Below are positions 42,471 through 56,100 of a stretch of DNA of 64,000 nucleotides, in pieces (the first letter of the stretch is position 1; every line of letters starts with the position of its first letter). The stretch spans positions 124,001 to 188,000 of the forward strand of contig NIVC01000291.1 of assembly GCA_002269645.1 (NCBI GenBank). The letters run 5' to 3'. Below the pieces are notes generated by a model, which saw nothing but the letters and a program-made list of their open reading frames with translations, was not told the DNA's origin and did not search any database. This DNA comes from Macrostomum lignano (Eukaryota). A program made the translations under genes and the position numbers.

Positions 42471-45030
42471 ATGGCGTCTTGGCAGCAGCAGCAGCAGCAG
42501 CAGTCGAAAGCCGAGCTGGGAAAGCTCCGACGCAATGCACTGGTCTCCTTTGCTGAGAACACCTCAGCCCACGGAATCATGCACCTGACCCGGGGCTCAG
42601 GGGTCAGCCGCTTCATCTGGGTGGTGGTGATCGTGGGCGCCTGCGCCGGCTTTGCTCTGCACCTCAATGAGCTGGCCCAGCGGTACCTGAGCTACCCGGT
42701 GAGCACTGAGTTCTCCAGCGAGGGCGCCGACTTTCAGTTTCCGACTGTGACCATTTGCCCGACCTACTTCATCACTTACAACACACCTGCAATTGAAAGC
42801 AATTATTCAGTACCGGGTGGGTGCGATGCCTTGCCAGTGTGAGCAGATGCTTTTGCATATCCTTACACATTTTAACTGCATGAAATCTCGCTTCTCTATG
42901 TAGGTCATTCCAGGAACCTGAACCAGATGATCTTCGACATCGCGCTGCTGTTCTATCAGCTGAAGCTGGACAACTGGAACGTCTCCATGCCGCCGGAGGA
43001 CTTTGACTCGTATTATGACGGAAAGCTGGGGCTGCGGTCCCTCGCATATCGAGGAGTTCTGTTCCAGCTGCCGCATGAGACGGTCATCTACTGCCGGTAC
43101 AACTCGGAGCCCTGCTCCTATGAGAACTTCACCGTCTACAAGGATGAGGACAGGTGAGACAGAGTCAAACTTCATGTTAGAGAAATTTTAAAACTCTTCA
43201 TACGAAAGTTAAATTAAACTTCAGGTTCATGTGCCTGTCCTTTAATCCACTGAACCGGACGATCACGCAAGCTGGCGAGGGCAGCGGGCTGTACTTAGTG
43301 CTGTACAACTACGGCTTCTCGTTCCTCACCAATGCGGAGCTGGTGGACAATGTCCCCGGCTTCCGCGTGGCGCTGCACGAAAAAGGTAAGGCACTGTGCG
43401 ATCCTAGCGTTGAGGGTTAGGGTGGTCGCGAGCTCGGGTGCCTTGGACGTCTGCATTTAATGACATTCTCCACTGGCAAATGCGGTCAATACGGTCGTTC
43501 TATGCACAAGAGCTGAACTGAACCCGCCAGCCCCCGCACAAAATGCAGGCTTCAAGCCCGACATGGTCTCAAGCTTCAACGCTCTGTTCGGCTACAAGAC
43601 CTCGGCCCAGGTGACCGTGCAAAGCGAAACGAAGGTCAATCGAGCGGCTGCGGCGTGCACTGAAGACCTTCCGAACGTCACCTACACGGGGAACTTTTCG
43701 ATGCCTGGAAACTACGAGAACCAGAGCTTCTATGGAACAACTGAGGACTGCGTCATCAGAATCATGCAGGAGGAGTACCGCAACACCTGTAGCTGCTTAG
43801 GAACTCACCTGCCGCTGCCTACGGACCTTATGAACGACACTGAAGTGTGTCACATGCTGCCTGAGGAGGTGGGGCCATTTTACTCTGGTACAAAATAGTT
43901 AGCAAAGCAGAAGAAATAAAATAAGCAAGGCAGTCAAGACTAACTTTGTTGCACTTCATTTCCAATGCAGGTGTTTTTCTTCGACATAAGGCATCGAAAA
44001 AACGCTTTAAACATGACGGAGTACATCATCACAAATCGGAGCTGGGTGTACAACACACTGACCGAGTACCTGCAGCAGAACTGGGACGTGTACAACCGCA
44101 CTGCGCAGCGGGTCAAATGCTTCCACCGAGTGCTGCAGCGCCAGAAGACGCATGGCGTGTGGGCCAAGCAGTGCCCGGTCCGCTGCAGCAACACCCGCTA
44201 CAGCGTCACCACCGGGGTGTCCACCTGGCCCCGTGACACAACACTGGCGGTGGTCGCCGTGAGGGACTACGCCGCCGAACTGCTCAAGAAACTCGCTCGC
44301 ACCAACCTCTCCAGCTCGCGGCCGCAGATTCTGCACGACTACACTTCTTACATGATTGACAAAAAGTTCATCAGCGTGCTGGATCTGTACCCCAAGACCA
44401 CCAAGATCAGCGTCTTCACCGAGTCGTTTGGATATCCTCTGAGGAATTTTTTCTCGGACTTAGGTGGCATTCTCGGTGAGTCCTAGCAGTTACCTAACTG
44501 TAATCGCACCAAAACCTTTTTGGCCAGGGAGGTTGACGGCAACAAGTTGACTGCCGACGAATTGGGAGCAATAGTGAGGCCTAACGGCGAGCCTACGAGA
44601 ATAGAGCCAGAGGGAATCTTCTTAGTGTAAAATATTGGCTAGTGACTTTCCGTTAGCAACTGCTCCAGGAGACTTGTACCCAGTTCTAGGCTGGACATTG
44701 ACTACGTAGCATGGGGATGTAGAGTCCAAGGTTGAGCAATATGACCGCGCTGTAACTTCAGGCCTCTGGGTTGGAGTCTCGATCATCACCCTGCTGGAGA
44801 TGGTGGAGCTTCTTGTCCAAATTCTGGTCCTGTCCGCATCCAAGCTGCAGTCGGGCGGCGGGCAACAGGTGCAACCACTCCAGGGCTCGCACCTCCAGGA
44901 CACGGAGTCACGTGACATCTATTCCTCCAAATTGGACTTGGATTGCAAGAAATCAACGGATCTGGAATCGGTTCGGGCCATGGAACAGCCGCAGTGCATT
45001 GAGGCGCTTGGAAATGAGCAGCGAATATGA
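42471..45030 (+). CDS. DEG/ENaC (amiloride-sensitive) sodium channel subunit, 616 aa, 6 exons
   Basis: Exons 42471-42816, 42904-43153, 43225-43385, 43549-43868, 43971-44475, 44762-45030 (1851 nt, in frame). Motifs: pre-TM1 TSAHG, TM1, FPTVTICP, Cys-rich thumb, and TM2 SDLGGILGLWVGVSIIT with the GxS filter. Confidence 0.92.
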
Positions 45031-46107
45031 CTATTGTCCGTTTCGAGAGTTTTGGCCTTTCCGGCTATGAATGATTCAATTGGAGAAAAACTTTTGGATG
45101 GACAATTATTGCCTTGTAACCAGTGGCATCTCACGCATGCTTATTCTGTCCTTCATGTCTATTTTCCTATCCAAGATTATTTTCTAGCTAGCGGAGTCGC
45201 ACGTGAAATTTATATATTTTAACCTTTACTGCTCACACACCCGGTTCAATCAGTGGAGCTTGTCCAGCAGGACTAAGGGCTGTTTCTTTGGAAATTTTTC
45301 AAAGAACCGCAGAAGCGCTTTAGAAGGCAACTTTATTTACTGCTCTAACGCACAGGCACAAATTCACTGAGTTATTTAACTATTGCCACACCTGAGCAAA
45401 TTGCTTATTAAATCTACTCGACATAAAATATAAAAACTTCCCACTCAACCTGAAGTAGCTCGTAATATTTTTGCACTGTGCGAGCACCCGGCTTTTCCAA
45501 TGGAGTCACACGAGCGGCTGGTGAAGTTTCAAGTTGCTATTTATTTTGCTGGGACAACGTCAGCTTCAAGTCAGTCGAGACTGGGGGTGTATGCTGCAGC
45601 CCACTACCGGTGAGTTGAACGGCACTGAGCGCGGTCACTTTTCTAAAACATCGATCACGAATGCGTCTAAAATCTGATCGCTCTGATGACTGAGCATCTC
45701 ATGCCCTGATCTCTTTCAAAAGGCTCTTTGTTTCTTTGTTTAAATCCATTAATAAAGAACTTTTAAACCAGAGTTTCAGTGGCAACAATGGTCTGGTCTT
45801 CGAACAGACGAACTCTGAAAGCAATGGGCAAGATTTTTGTCATCTGATCTCCTTGTACCCTGCTCAAACTTGTTTTAGCATCCCTGCCAAGAAGTGATTC
45901 TGTTTGGAAATTTTAGAAATTGATATCGTAGAGAATTTGAAAAAATTGTTGAAGTCGTTAAGCAGACATGCTTTGTTTCAATGCTCAGCTCAATGAGCTG
46001 AGTCTGTCGCACTAAGGAGCTGCACGAAATGCATAATATGAAATGTGTAATAAACAGCCGGATGGAGCTCTCGCTTGCTCGCATCTAAATGCTCATCGCT
46101 TGTAGTT

Positions 46108-47015
46108 CTGGTGTGGCATGGCATACTACTGGTGTGGCATGACATACTACTGGTGTGGCATGGCATACTACTGGTGTGGCATGACATACTACTGGTGTGG
46201 CATGACATACTACTGGTGTGGCATGACATACTACTGGTGTGGCATGACATACTACTGGTGTGGCATGACATACTACTGGTGTGGCATGGCATACTACTGG
46301 TGTGGCATGACATACTACTGGTGTGGCATGGCATACTACTGGTGTGGCATGACATACTACTGGTGTGGCATGACATACTACTGGTGTGGCATGACATACT
46401 ACTGGTGTGGCATGACATACTACTGGTGTGGCATGACATACTACTGGTGTGGCATGACATACTACTGGTGTGGCATGACATACTACTGGTGTGGCATGGC
46501 ATACTACTGGTGTGGCATGACATACTACTGGTGTGGCATGGCATACTACTGGTGTGGCATGACATACTACTGGTGTGGCATGGCATACTACTGGTGTGGC
46601 ATGACATACTACTGGTGTGGCATGACATACTACTGGTGTGGCATGACATACTACTGGTGTGGCATGACATACTACTGGTGTGGCATGACATACTACTGGT
46701 GTGGCATGACATACTACTGATGTGGCATGACATACTACTGGTGTGGCATGACATACTACTGGTGTGGCATGACATACTACTGGTGTGGCATGACATACTA
46801 CTGGTGTGGCATGACATACTACTGGTGTGGCATGACATACTACTGGTGTGGCATGACATACTACTGGTGTGGCATGACATACTACTGGTGTGGCATGACA
46901 TACTACTGATGTGGCATGGCATACTACTGGTGTGGCATGACATACTACTGGTGTGGCATGGCATACTACTGGTGTGGCATGGCATACTACTGGTGTGGCA
47001 TGACATACTACTGGT
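46108..47015. repeat. 21-bp minisatellite
   Basis: Unit CTACTGGTGTGGCATGACATA, about 43 copies. Confidence 0.97.
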
Positions 47016-47689
47016 GGTGCCAGCATTCTTAATTCATTATCTATGGAGACTGCCCCATCTTTTTTTGAAAAAGTTGAATGAATAAAAATAGTTTCCGATG
47101 TAAGGATAGCTAACAAAGCAGTGACATCGCCCCCCCCAAAATGAACTATTAAATAAAGAGCCTACTAAATAGGCGTGAACGGTCAAAGCTGTAGGTTAAA
47201 AACATTCAAAACTTTTTTATACACCTGAAGCACCCAAAAGCCTCTTAGCTGCTTCGTTGTGAACTTTGCTCATCGCAACGAATCTGGCCAATTCAAAGTC
47301 CACGCAGCCTCGCCGCTGTTTGCCAACAATCCTGGAATTCATTTCACCTCGCAGCCTGTCGGACTGCTGGGGCTGCCCAGCCGGGCGATCCGCTGCCTCC
47401 ACCCTCCCGCATTCCTCAGCACCGGCGGGTGTGGCGAGTGGCGGCCGGATTTTGATTCAGTTTTCAGAGAAAACAACACCCGAGAGCCGGGGCCGCTCGC
47501 TAAAACCAGTCCAAGATGAAGCTTTGCACAGCCCTTGCAGTTCAGTCCGGGTAACCGGAGTTCGAGTTTGATAAAATTGATTGATATTCGGATATTTATG
47601 GAAAATATTTCATCTTTATTGGTACAGTACAAAATGAACTGCTGGTCTATTCCATAGACAAAGTAAAGGAGTGGATTGCTAATCTACAT

Positions 47690-50540
47690 GGATGCACTGG
47701 ATAAGGATTACAAGGATTGCTAATCTATGCACTGGATAAAGTAATGGCATGGATTGCTAGTCTATGCACTGGATGAAGGAATGGCATGGATTGCTAGTCT
47801 ATGCACTGGATAAAGGAATGGCATGGATTGCTAGTCTATGCACTGGATAAAGGAATAACATGGAATGCTAGTCTATGCACTGGATAAAGTAATGGCATGG
47901 ATTGCTAGTCTATGCACTGGATGAAGGAATGGCATGGATTGCTAGTCTATGCACTGGATAAAGGAATAACATGGAATGCTAGTCTATGCACTGGATAAAG
48001 TAATGGCATGGATTGCTAGTCTATGCACTGGATAAAGGAATAACATGGAATGCTAGTCTATGCACTGGATAAAGTAATGGCATGGAATGCTAGTCTATGC
48101 ACTGGATAAAGTAATGGCATGGATTGCTAATCTATGTACTGGATAAAGTAATGGCATGGATTGCTAATCTATGCACTGGATAAAGTAATGGCATGGATTG
48201 CTAATCTATGTACTGGATAAAGTAATGGCATGGATTGCTAGTCTATGCACTGGATAAAGGAATGGCATGGATTGCTAGTCTATGCACTGGATAAAGGAAT
48301 AACATGGAATGCTAGTCTATGCACTGGATAAAGTAATGGCATGGATTGCTAGTCTATGCACTGGATGAAGGAATGGCATGGATTGCTAGTCTATGCACTG
48401 GATAAAGGAATAACATGGAATGCTAGTCTATGCACTGGATAAAGTAATGGCATGGATTGCTAGTCTATGCACTGGATAAAGGAATAACATGGAATGCTAG
48501 TCTATGCACTGGATAAAGTAATGGCATGGAATGCTAGTCTATGCACTGGATAAAGTAATGGCATGGATTGCTAATCTATGTACTGGATAAAGTAATGGCA
48601 TGGATTGCTAATCTATGCACTGGATAAAGTAATGGCATGGATTGCTAATCTATGTACTGGATAAAGTAATGGCATGGATTGCTAATCTATGCACTGGATA
48701 AAGTAATGGCATGGATTGCTAGTCTATGCACTGGATAAAGTAATGGCATGGATTGCTAATCTGTGCACTGGATAAAGTAATGGCATGGATTGCTAGTCTA
48801 TGCACTGGATAAAGTAATGGCATGGATTGCTAGTCTATGCACTGGATAAAGTAATGGCATGGATTGCTAGTCTATGCACTGGATAAAGTAATGGCATGGA
48901 TTGCTAATCTGTGCACTGGATAAAGTAATGGCATGGATTGCTAGTCTATGCACTGGATAAAGTAATGGCATGGATTGCTAGTCTATGCACTGGATAAAGT
49001 AATGGCATGGATTGCTAGTCTATGCACTGGATGAAGGAATGGCATGGATTGCTAGTCTATGCACTGGATAAAGGAATAACATGGAATGCTAGTCTATGCA
49101 CTGGATAAAGTAATGGCATGGATTGCTAGTCTATGCACTGGATAAAGGAATAACATGGAATGCTAGTCTATGCACTGGATAAAGTAATGGCATGGAATGC
49201 TAGTCTATGCACTGGATAAAGTAATGGCATGGATTGCTAATCTATGTACTGGATAAAGTAATGGCATGGATTGCTAATCTATGCACTGGATAAAGTAATG
49301 GCATGGATTGCTAATCTATGTACTGGATAAAGTAATGGCATGGATTGCTAGTCTATGCACTGGATAAAGGAATGGCATGGATTGCTAGTCTATGCACTGG
49401 ATAAAGGAATAACATGGAATGCTAGTCTATGCACTGGATAAAGTAATGGCATGGATTGCTAGTCTATGCACTGGATGAAGGAATGGCATGGATTGCTAGT
49501 CTATGCACTGGATAAAGGAATAACATGGAATGCTAGTCTATGCACTGGATAAAGTAATGGCATGGATTGCTAGTCTATGCACTGGATAAAGGAATAACAT
49601 GGAATGCTAGTCTATGCACTGGATAAAGTAATGGCATGGAATGCTAGTCTATGCACTGGATAAAGTAATGGCATGGATTGCTAATCTATGTACTGGATAA
49701 AGTAATGGCATGGATTGCTAATCTATGCACTGGATAAAGTAATGGCATGGATTGCTAATCTATGTACTGGATAAAGTAATGGCATGGATTGCTAATCTAT
49801 GCACTGGATAAAGTAATGGCATGGATTGCTAGTCTATGCACTGGATAAAGTAATGGCATGGATTGCTAATCTGTGCACTGGATAAAGTAATGGCATGGAT
49901 TGCTAGTCTATGCACTGGATAAAGTAATGGCATGGATTGCTAATCTGTGCACTGGATAAAGTAATGGCATGGATTGCTAGTCTATGCACTGGATAAAGTA
50001 ATGGCATGGATTGCTAATCTGTGCACTGGATAAAGTAATGGCATGGATTGCTAATCTATGTACTGGATAAAGTAATGGCATGGATTGCTAGTCTATGCAC
50101 TGGATAAAGTAATGGCATGGATTGCTAATCTATGTACTGGATAAAGTAATGGCATGGATTGCTAATCTATGTACTGGATAAAGTAATGGCATGGATTGCT
50201 AATCTATGTACTGGATAAAGTAATGGCATGGATTGCTAATCTATGTACTGGATAAAGTAATGGCATGGATTGCTAATCTATGCACTGGATAAAGTAATGG
50301 CATGGATTGCTAATCTATGTACTGGATAAAGTAATGGCATGGATTGCTAATCTATGTACTGGATAAAGTAATGGCATGGATTGCTAATCTATGCACTGGA
50401 TAAAGTAATGGCATGGATTGCTAATCTATGTACTGGATAAAGTAATGGCATGGATTGCTAATCTATGCACTGGATAAAGTAATGGCATGGATTGCTAATC
50501 TATGCACTGGATAAAGTAATGGCATGGATTGCTAGTCTAT
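47690..50540. repeat. 37-bp satellite with higher-order repeats, about 2.85 kb
   Basis: Unit TGCACTGGATAAAGTAATGGCATGGATTGCTAGTCTA, about 77 copies. Confidence 0.97.
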
Positions 50541-50989
50541 GCTAGTTTATCTACCGCAAGAATAAAAATATTAAATAAATCTGTAACTGTAACGTTATAC
50601 TGTTTCTAAGAAATCATATTGATTATTCATTGCGAAGGCACTTCAAAGCCCCACAAACCCTAGGATTTTCTGCAAGCGGCACCACAGAAGCGCAGAGCCA
50701 ATGAGCGCTTGCCGCCTCTGGGCAGCCAATGGTTGCCAGGGGATTCAGAGCGAAATTGCTCAGCTGAGTAGCTGAGTGAAAAGCAGCGTTTGCGCCGCAG
50801 CCAGAGCTTGTCTCCGAGGCGGATATCGAACTGCAGTTGTTGAAGGTCATGGTGAGTTTATTTGAGCAATTATTGATTCCAACTCTTGGCCTTGTGTCAC
50901 ACAGCTGTGAGACCGCGATGGAACAATAGCCAGTCTAATTATTATGATTTTTAGTATTGGCTTTCGTGTTAAACGGGCAAGGCACAGGA

Positions 50990-51525
50990 TAGAGAGGGGA
51001 GAGAGGGTAGGGAGGGATAGACAGAAATAGACAGGGGTAGATGGGATAAACAGGAATAGACAGGGATAGACAGGGATAGATATGGATAGACAGGGATAGA
51101 TAGGGATAGACAGGGATAGACAGGGATAGACAGGGATAGACAAGGATAGACAGGGATAGATAGGGATAGATAGGGATAGACAGGGATAGGCAGGGATAGA
51201 TAGGGATAGATAGGGATAGACAGGGATAGACAGGGATAGACAGGGATAGGCAGGGATAGATAGGGATAGATAGGGATAGACAGGGATAGGCAGGGATAGA
51301 TAGGGATAGACAGGGATAGACAGGGATAGGCATGGATGGACAAGGATAGATAGGGATGGACAGGGATGGACAGGGATGGACAGGGATGGACAGGGATGGA
51401 CAGGGATGGACAGGGATGGACAGGAATAGATAGGGATAGACGGGGATAGACAGGGATAGGCAGGGTAGACAGGGATAGACAGAAATAGACAGGGATAGGC
51501 AGGGATAGACAGAGTAGACAGGGAA
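50990..51525. repeat. 10-bp purine-rich minisatellite
   Basis: AGACAGGGAT / AGATAGGGAT / GGACAGGGAT units. Confidence 0.93.
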
Positions 51526-51934
51526 AGAGGCAATGACAGACAAAAAAGCCAAGCAGAGGACAGGCGGTGGTACAAGAGAGGACAGAAAGGCCTGCCCACC
51601 GAGGACAAGTATGCTCGGCAAAAAAGTTGAGTCCTCGAAGTACCCAGCGCCTAAACCTGGATAGGGAGTGAATCCCCAGACAGCCGTGACTGAAAAGAGG
51701 CCGCGGGCAGTGAGGATTCGAGTTCCTCTGCTGCGGTGCATCTCGCAGCTTTGCTCGCGAAGCTGTCTGAGAAGGGCAGGGCGGAAAGTGAATAATTCAG
51801 TGCTTTGCAGCTCTGGAGCTGGAGAACTTTGCCTGGCAGAATGATGAAGCGGGGGAGACTGTGGGGAAACAGCCGCTCTAGATGCTAAGTAGGTTGAAAT
51901 CCCAGATGCATTGGTAAGCCATCTTAATGGATAT

Positions 51935-52268
<334 letters not shown>

Positions 52269-53082
52269 GACACACGGTGGATATGATCAGCGTCATAATA
52301 AATGTCCCTCCCAGCCAGTCAGTCCACAGCCCATGACTCACAGTCGCCATGTCCATCCCGTCTTTCCTTCGCCCCTGTCTGCCATCATCGCTCATAATCC
52401 CTCGGGTGCTCATAAACAGGGCGGTAATTGAATTCCGCTCTGACAGCCACAGCCCTGCGCCGCGCTCTCAAAGGGATTAGCGGAGTCAGGCAAGGCGACT
52501 TGCGGCCCACCCGCCTCCCTCAGAGGAGCTGGCCGGGTGACTCAGCCGCTGCCCCAGCCGGTGCTTGTCGCTGACCTTGCCGAGGTGAGCCGCTGAGTCG
52601 GGCCGGCCGAAGTCAGAATTGATTTATGAGCCACCGCTGCCTCGGCGCCTCTGGGCTCTCGACTGATCGCGTCTTCATGCAAATTCTGAGTGTAAGAAGT
52701 GAAAGTTGAGGATGAGTCTGCGGTGCGGTATTCCCATTGATGAAGTGGAGGCAATGCTCGAGAATCGATCGAGTCGCTGACGCGGCGTTGAAGTTCCTTA
52801 TGTAATGAATGATATTTGGAGTCATTTCAAACGAACGCAGGGTTCAGCACTGGCTGAAATTGAGATCTTTGTCTCTCCGTAGATGTTTTTCACTCTCGTG
52901 CAGCATGTAATTCAAATTTTGCAGAGTTGCGACCTTGAAAAAATCCACCGATAGCGGCGGGATCCATAAAGTTTTCTATAAAACTGTGAAGCTCTTGTAC
53001 GTACTTGTTGTCGCGCGATTCAAACCCATGAGGGTACGTACTTGTTGTCGCGCGATTCAAACCCATGAGGGCAAACCCGAGC

Positions 53083-53155
53083 ATGCCTGACGATTAGAAA
53101 GCCAGGGGCGCTGTACACCCTGTGTGAGCGAGTGCATGAGTTTGTGCCTGCGCAC
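53083..53155 (+). mobile_element. SINE-family core fragment just upstream of the Robo-like ATG
   Basis: CATGCCTGACGATTAGAAAGCCAGGGGCGCTGTACACCCTGTGTGAG..GTGCCTGCG is the reverse complement of the core seen at 14570-14630 and 40465-40510. Confidence 0.65.
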
Positions 53156-53178
53156 AGCGCTGGCTGTGGGGTTCACTA

Positions 53179-56100
53179 ATGAGTTCTCGCAAAGACTTGA
53201 GTTACCCTGGGTTTCTCCCGACTTTCCGACCCCAGACTCTGGCCGGGCTTCTTGCCAGCCTCATCCTCATCGGCGTCGGCCAGCCCGATGCTTTGGCCGC
53301 GGATCCTCGGCCTCGCGCCGCTGTCATCCTGAAGACGCCCGCCGGCTCTGTGGTGGCCGGCACCGAGGCCGTCCTGACCTGCCAGCTGGCGCAGACCGGC
53401 AGCGGAGCCGCGGACTCGCTGCGCCCTGGCGCCAGGCTGCGGTGGCGCCGAATCGACGGCGTCAAACTGGGCGCGGCCGGCAGGGTCCGGCAAATCAACG
53501 GGACGCTGCGGATGGAGCCAGTGCTGATGTCGGATGCTGCGGAGTACGAATGCGTGGCCTCTACGGAAGGTGAGTGAGCTCATGCGCTTTACTTGCTTGA
53601 GCCTTCATTTGTGCTATTAATGCTGAGAACACCCACCCTGCCGACTCAAGCGGGCCAGCTGAAGTCGCCCCCAGCCCAGCTCACCGTGGTCCCAGCGGAG
53701 TCGGCAAAGTCTGCAGCCGGCCGGCCCGTCTTTGAAGTTCAGCCGCGCGATCAGACGGTGCTGGCTGGCGAGTCGGCGACCTTCCACTGCTCCGCCACGT
53801 TGGCTGCGAGCGGCTCCGGCGTCTGGCAGCGGCGACGGCCCGCGCTCAACTGGCGTCGAGAGTCACTTGATGGCAAGCCGCGATCGATGCCGTCTCCTGA
53901 ACGAATTCAGCTGCTGGACAATGGCTCGCTCACCCTGACTGGTGTGCTTGCCGCCGATGCCGGCAGGTGAGTTGTGGAGCTGCTGACTTTTCCAGAGTTT
54001 CTGTGCCGCTTCTGACCAATCATCGGTCATGAATCTGTGCCGCTTCTGACCAATCATCGGTCATGAATCTGTGCCGCTTCTGACCAATCATCGGTCATGA
54101 ATCTGTGCCGCTTCTGACCAATCATCGGTCATGAATCTGTGCCGTACCTGACCAATCATCGGTCATGAATCTGTGCCGCTTCAGTAGATTAACCAATGTC
54201 GCGCCGCAGGTACATATGCGAGGCCGCCAGCACGGTGGGTCCAGCTGCCGAGTCGGCGGCTCGCCTGACGGTGCTTCGGCGGCCGACTTTCACGGAAATG
54301 CCAGCTGACGTGACCGCGACCGTCGGCGACCGCGTCGTGCTCGCTTGCCGCGCGGTGGGCAACCCGCCGCCGACCGTCTACTGGTCCAAGGGCATCGGGC
54401 GGTTCGTCTTCGCCGTCGACAACCACCCGGACGATGACAGCGACGATGGCCTGCGCGTCGGGCCCGATGGCTCGCTGACGATATCGCCAGTGGAGCGCAG
54501 CCACGCCGATCAGTTCCAGTGCCACGCCACCAACGCCGTCGGCTCAGCGCAGGCTGCCGCTCTGCTGCACGTTGTCGATTCTCCAGCCAGGTCGCCGTCC
54601 ACTGCGGCCGTTCCGCTGTTCGCCGAGGGACCGCCGGAAGCGGCTTTTGTAGCTGAGGGCTCCCGGCTCCGGCTGCCCTGCCGTCTGGCCGAGCCTGTTG
54701 AAGGCAGCCGCATCATCTGGCGGCGCGGGCGCTTCAGCAGCGACCAGCGCGAGCAGCTGCGGGCGGAGGCCGACGGCAGCTGGCTGGTCGCCTCGGCTCG
54801 GCTCTCGGACTCCGGAAGCTACACCTGCGCGGCAGAAGTTCCCGGCTTCGGCGTCACGGAGTGGCCGGGCGCTGTCAACGTCAGCGTCCTCGGCGGCGCA
54901 GCCCAGCTGCCAGCGCCGCGCATCAAGCGGTTGCCCCCTAAAGCGCCGAAATCCGTTGAAGTTTTGGACGCTGGGGGCGACTGGGCGCTGCTGCGAGTTG
55001 CGGACGCGTGCGGTCGCGTTTATCGGCTTGAGAGGCAGTGCACCGGAGATAAGAGCTGGCGCCGGTACGCAGGTGAGAACAGGCGATTGCTGCTGCGGAC
55101 ACAGTCCGATGTACGCAAGAAATTTTACACCGACAAAAATATTTTCTGTTCTTTTGATTCAGTCAGTAATTCAGAGCTTGGGAGAGCGACCCAATTAGTC
55201 GCTTCATCACTTAATAACAAAAATCATAAAATATGACGGCTGGGTCACAAAACAGAGTCAAAGGGCATCGTAGTTAACAAGCAGGCAGCCGATGATTACG
55301 AGTTTGCACCTGGCGAGTAGATCTTTGCTTTGGGTTCACGATATTTGACTGCTCCAGTTGGACTGATGAGCATTTGACTGCCACAAACTGACTGACAACC
55401 CTAACCCTAGCCCTTACCCGCAACCACAGGAGTCTTTTTCTCTCAGTAGTAAAGCTTATTCGCTCGATCCATTGAAACATTCGTCAGTTTCTGACGCTGA
55501 AAATTGAAATTGAGAAAATGTGTTACGAGCTACAATTATCGATCGCAACTGGCGTACACTACAGCCTCTCGTCGCTTGAACTCCCGCCGTCCAGGTCTGT
55601 TCGAGTCTCGCCTGCTGAAAGCTGACGGCCTGCCCGCCGAGTCCGAGTGCCGCTTCGTGGCTCGGGCCGTCACAGACTGCGGCGAAGCCCTCCTAGACTC
55701 CGCGGCTCAGCGGCCGCTGTCGGAGCCGTCGGGCATATCGGCGCCGGTGCGCACTCCCCGGCTGAAACGGCGCCGGCACTGGCGACGGCTGGAGCTGCGG
55801 GCTGGCGAAGGTCCCGGTGGGCCGGTGCGCGTTAGGGACCTGGCCGTCACGGTTGGTTCAGGGCGCAACCGGGTCGGGGGTTGGGAAATCCCGGGCTGGT
55901 GGAAATGCAGCAGACGAACCAAAGCGTAGAGAACTAAAACCGCAACTACTCATAGTATTAAAGGCGAAATGTATTCAACCTTTTGCCAGCCGCTTGACCG
56001 CTCGCTCTCCGTCGCCTCGTGGCGTCTCGAAGGCACCGCAGTGGCCCGCGCCCAAGTCATTGGATTCCGCGTCACCTACCGCCTGGAGCCGCTCAGCAAC

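Noticed and set aside
45990-47116. 336-343-aa repeat ORFs on both strands
   Set aside because: All are translations of the 21-bp minisatellite.
47259-47519. 86-aa ORF that could be a terminal exon
   Set aside because: No recognisable motif, and no upstream exon could be linked in phase.
53000-53075. 38-bp tandem duplication containing GATTCAAACCC (B-box-like)
   Set aside because: Only two copies, weak match to the B-box and no A-box. Treated as a local duplication next to the SINE fragment.
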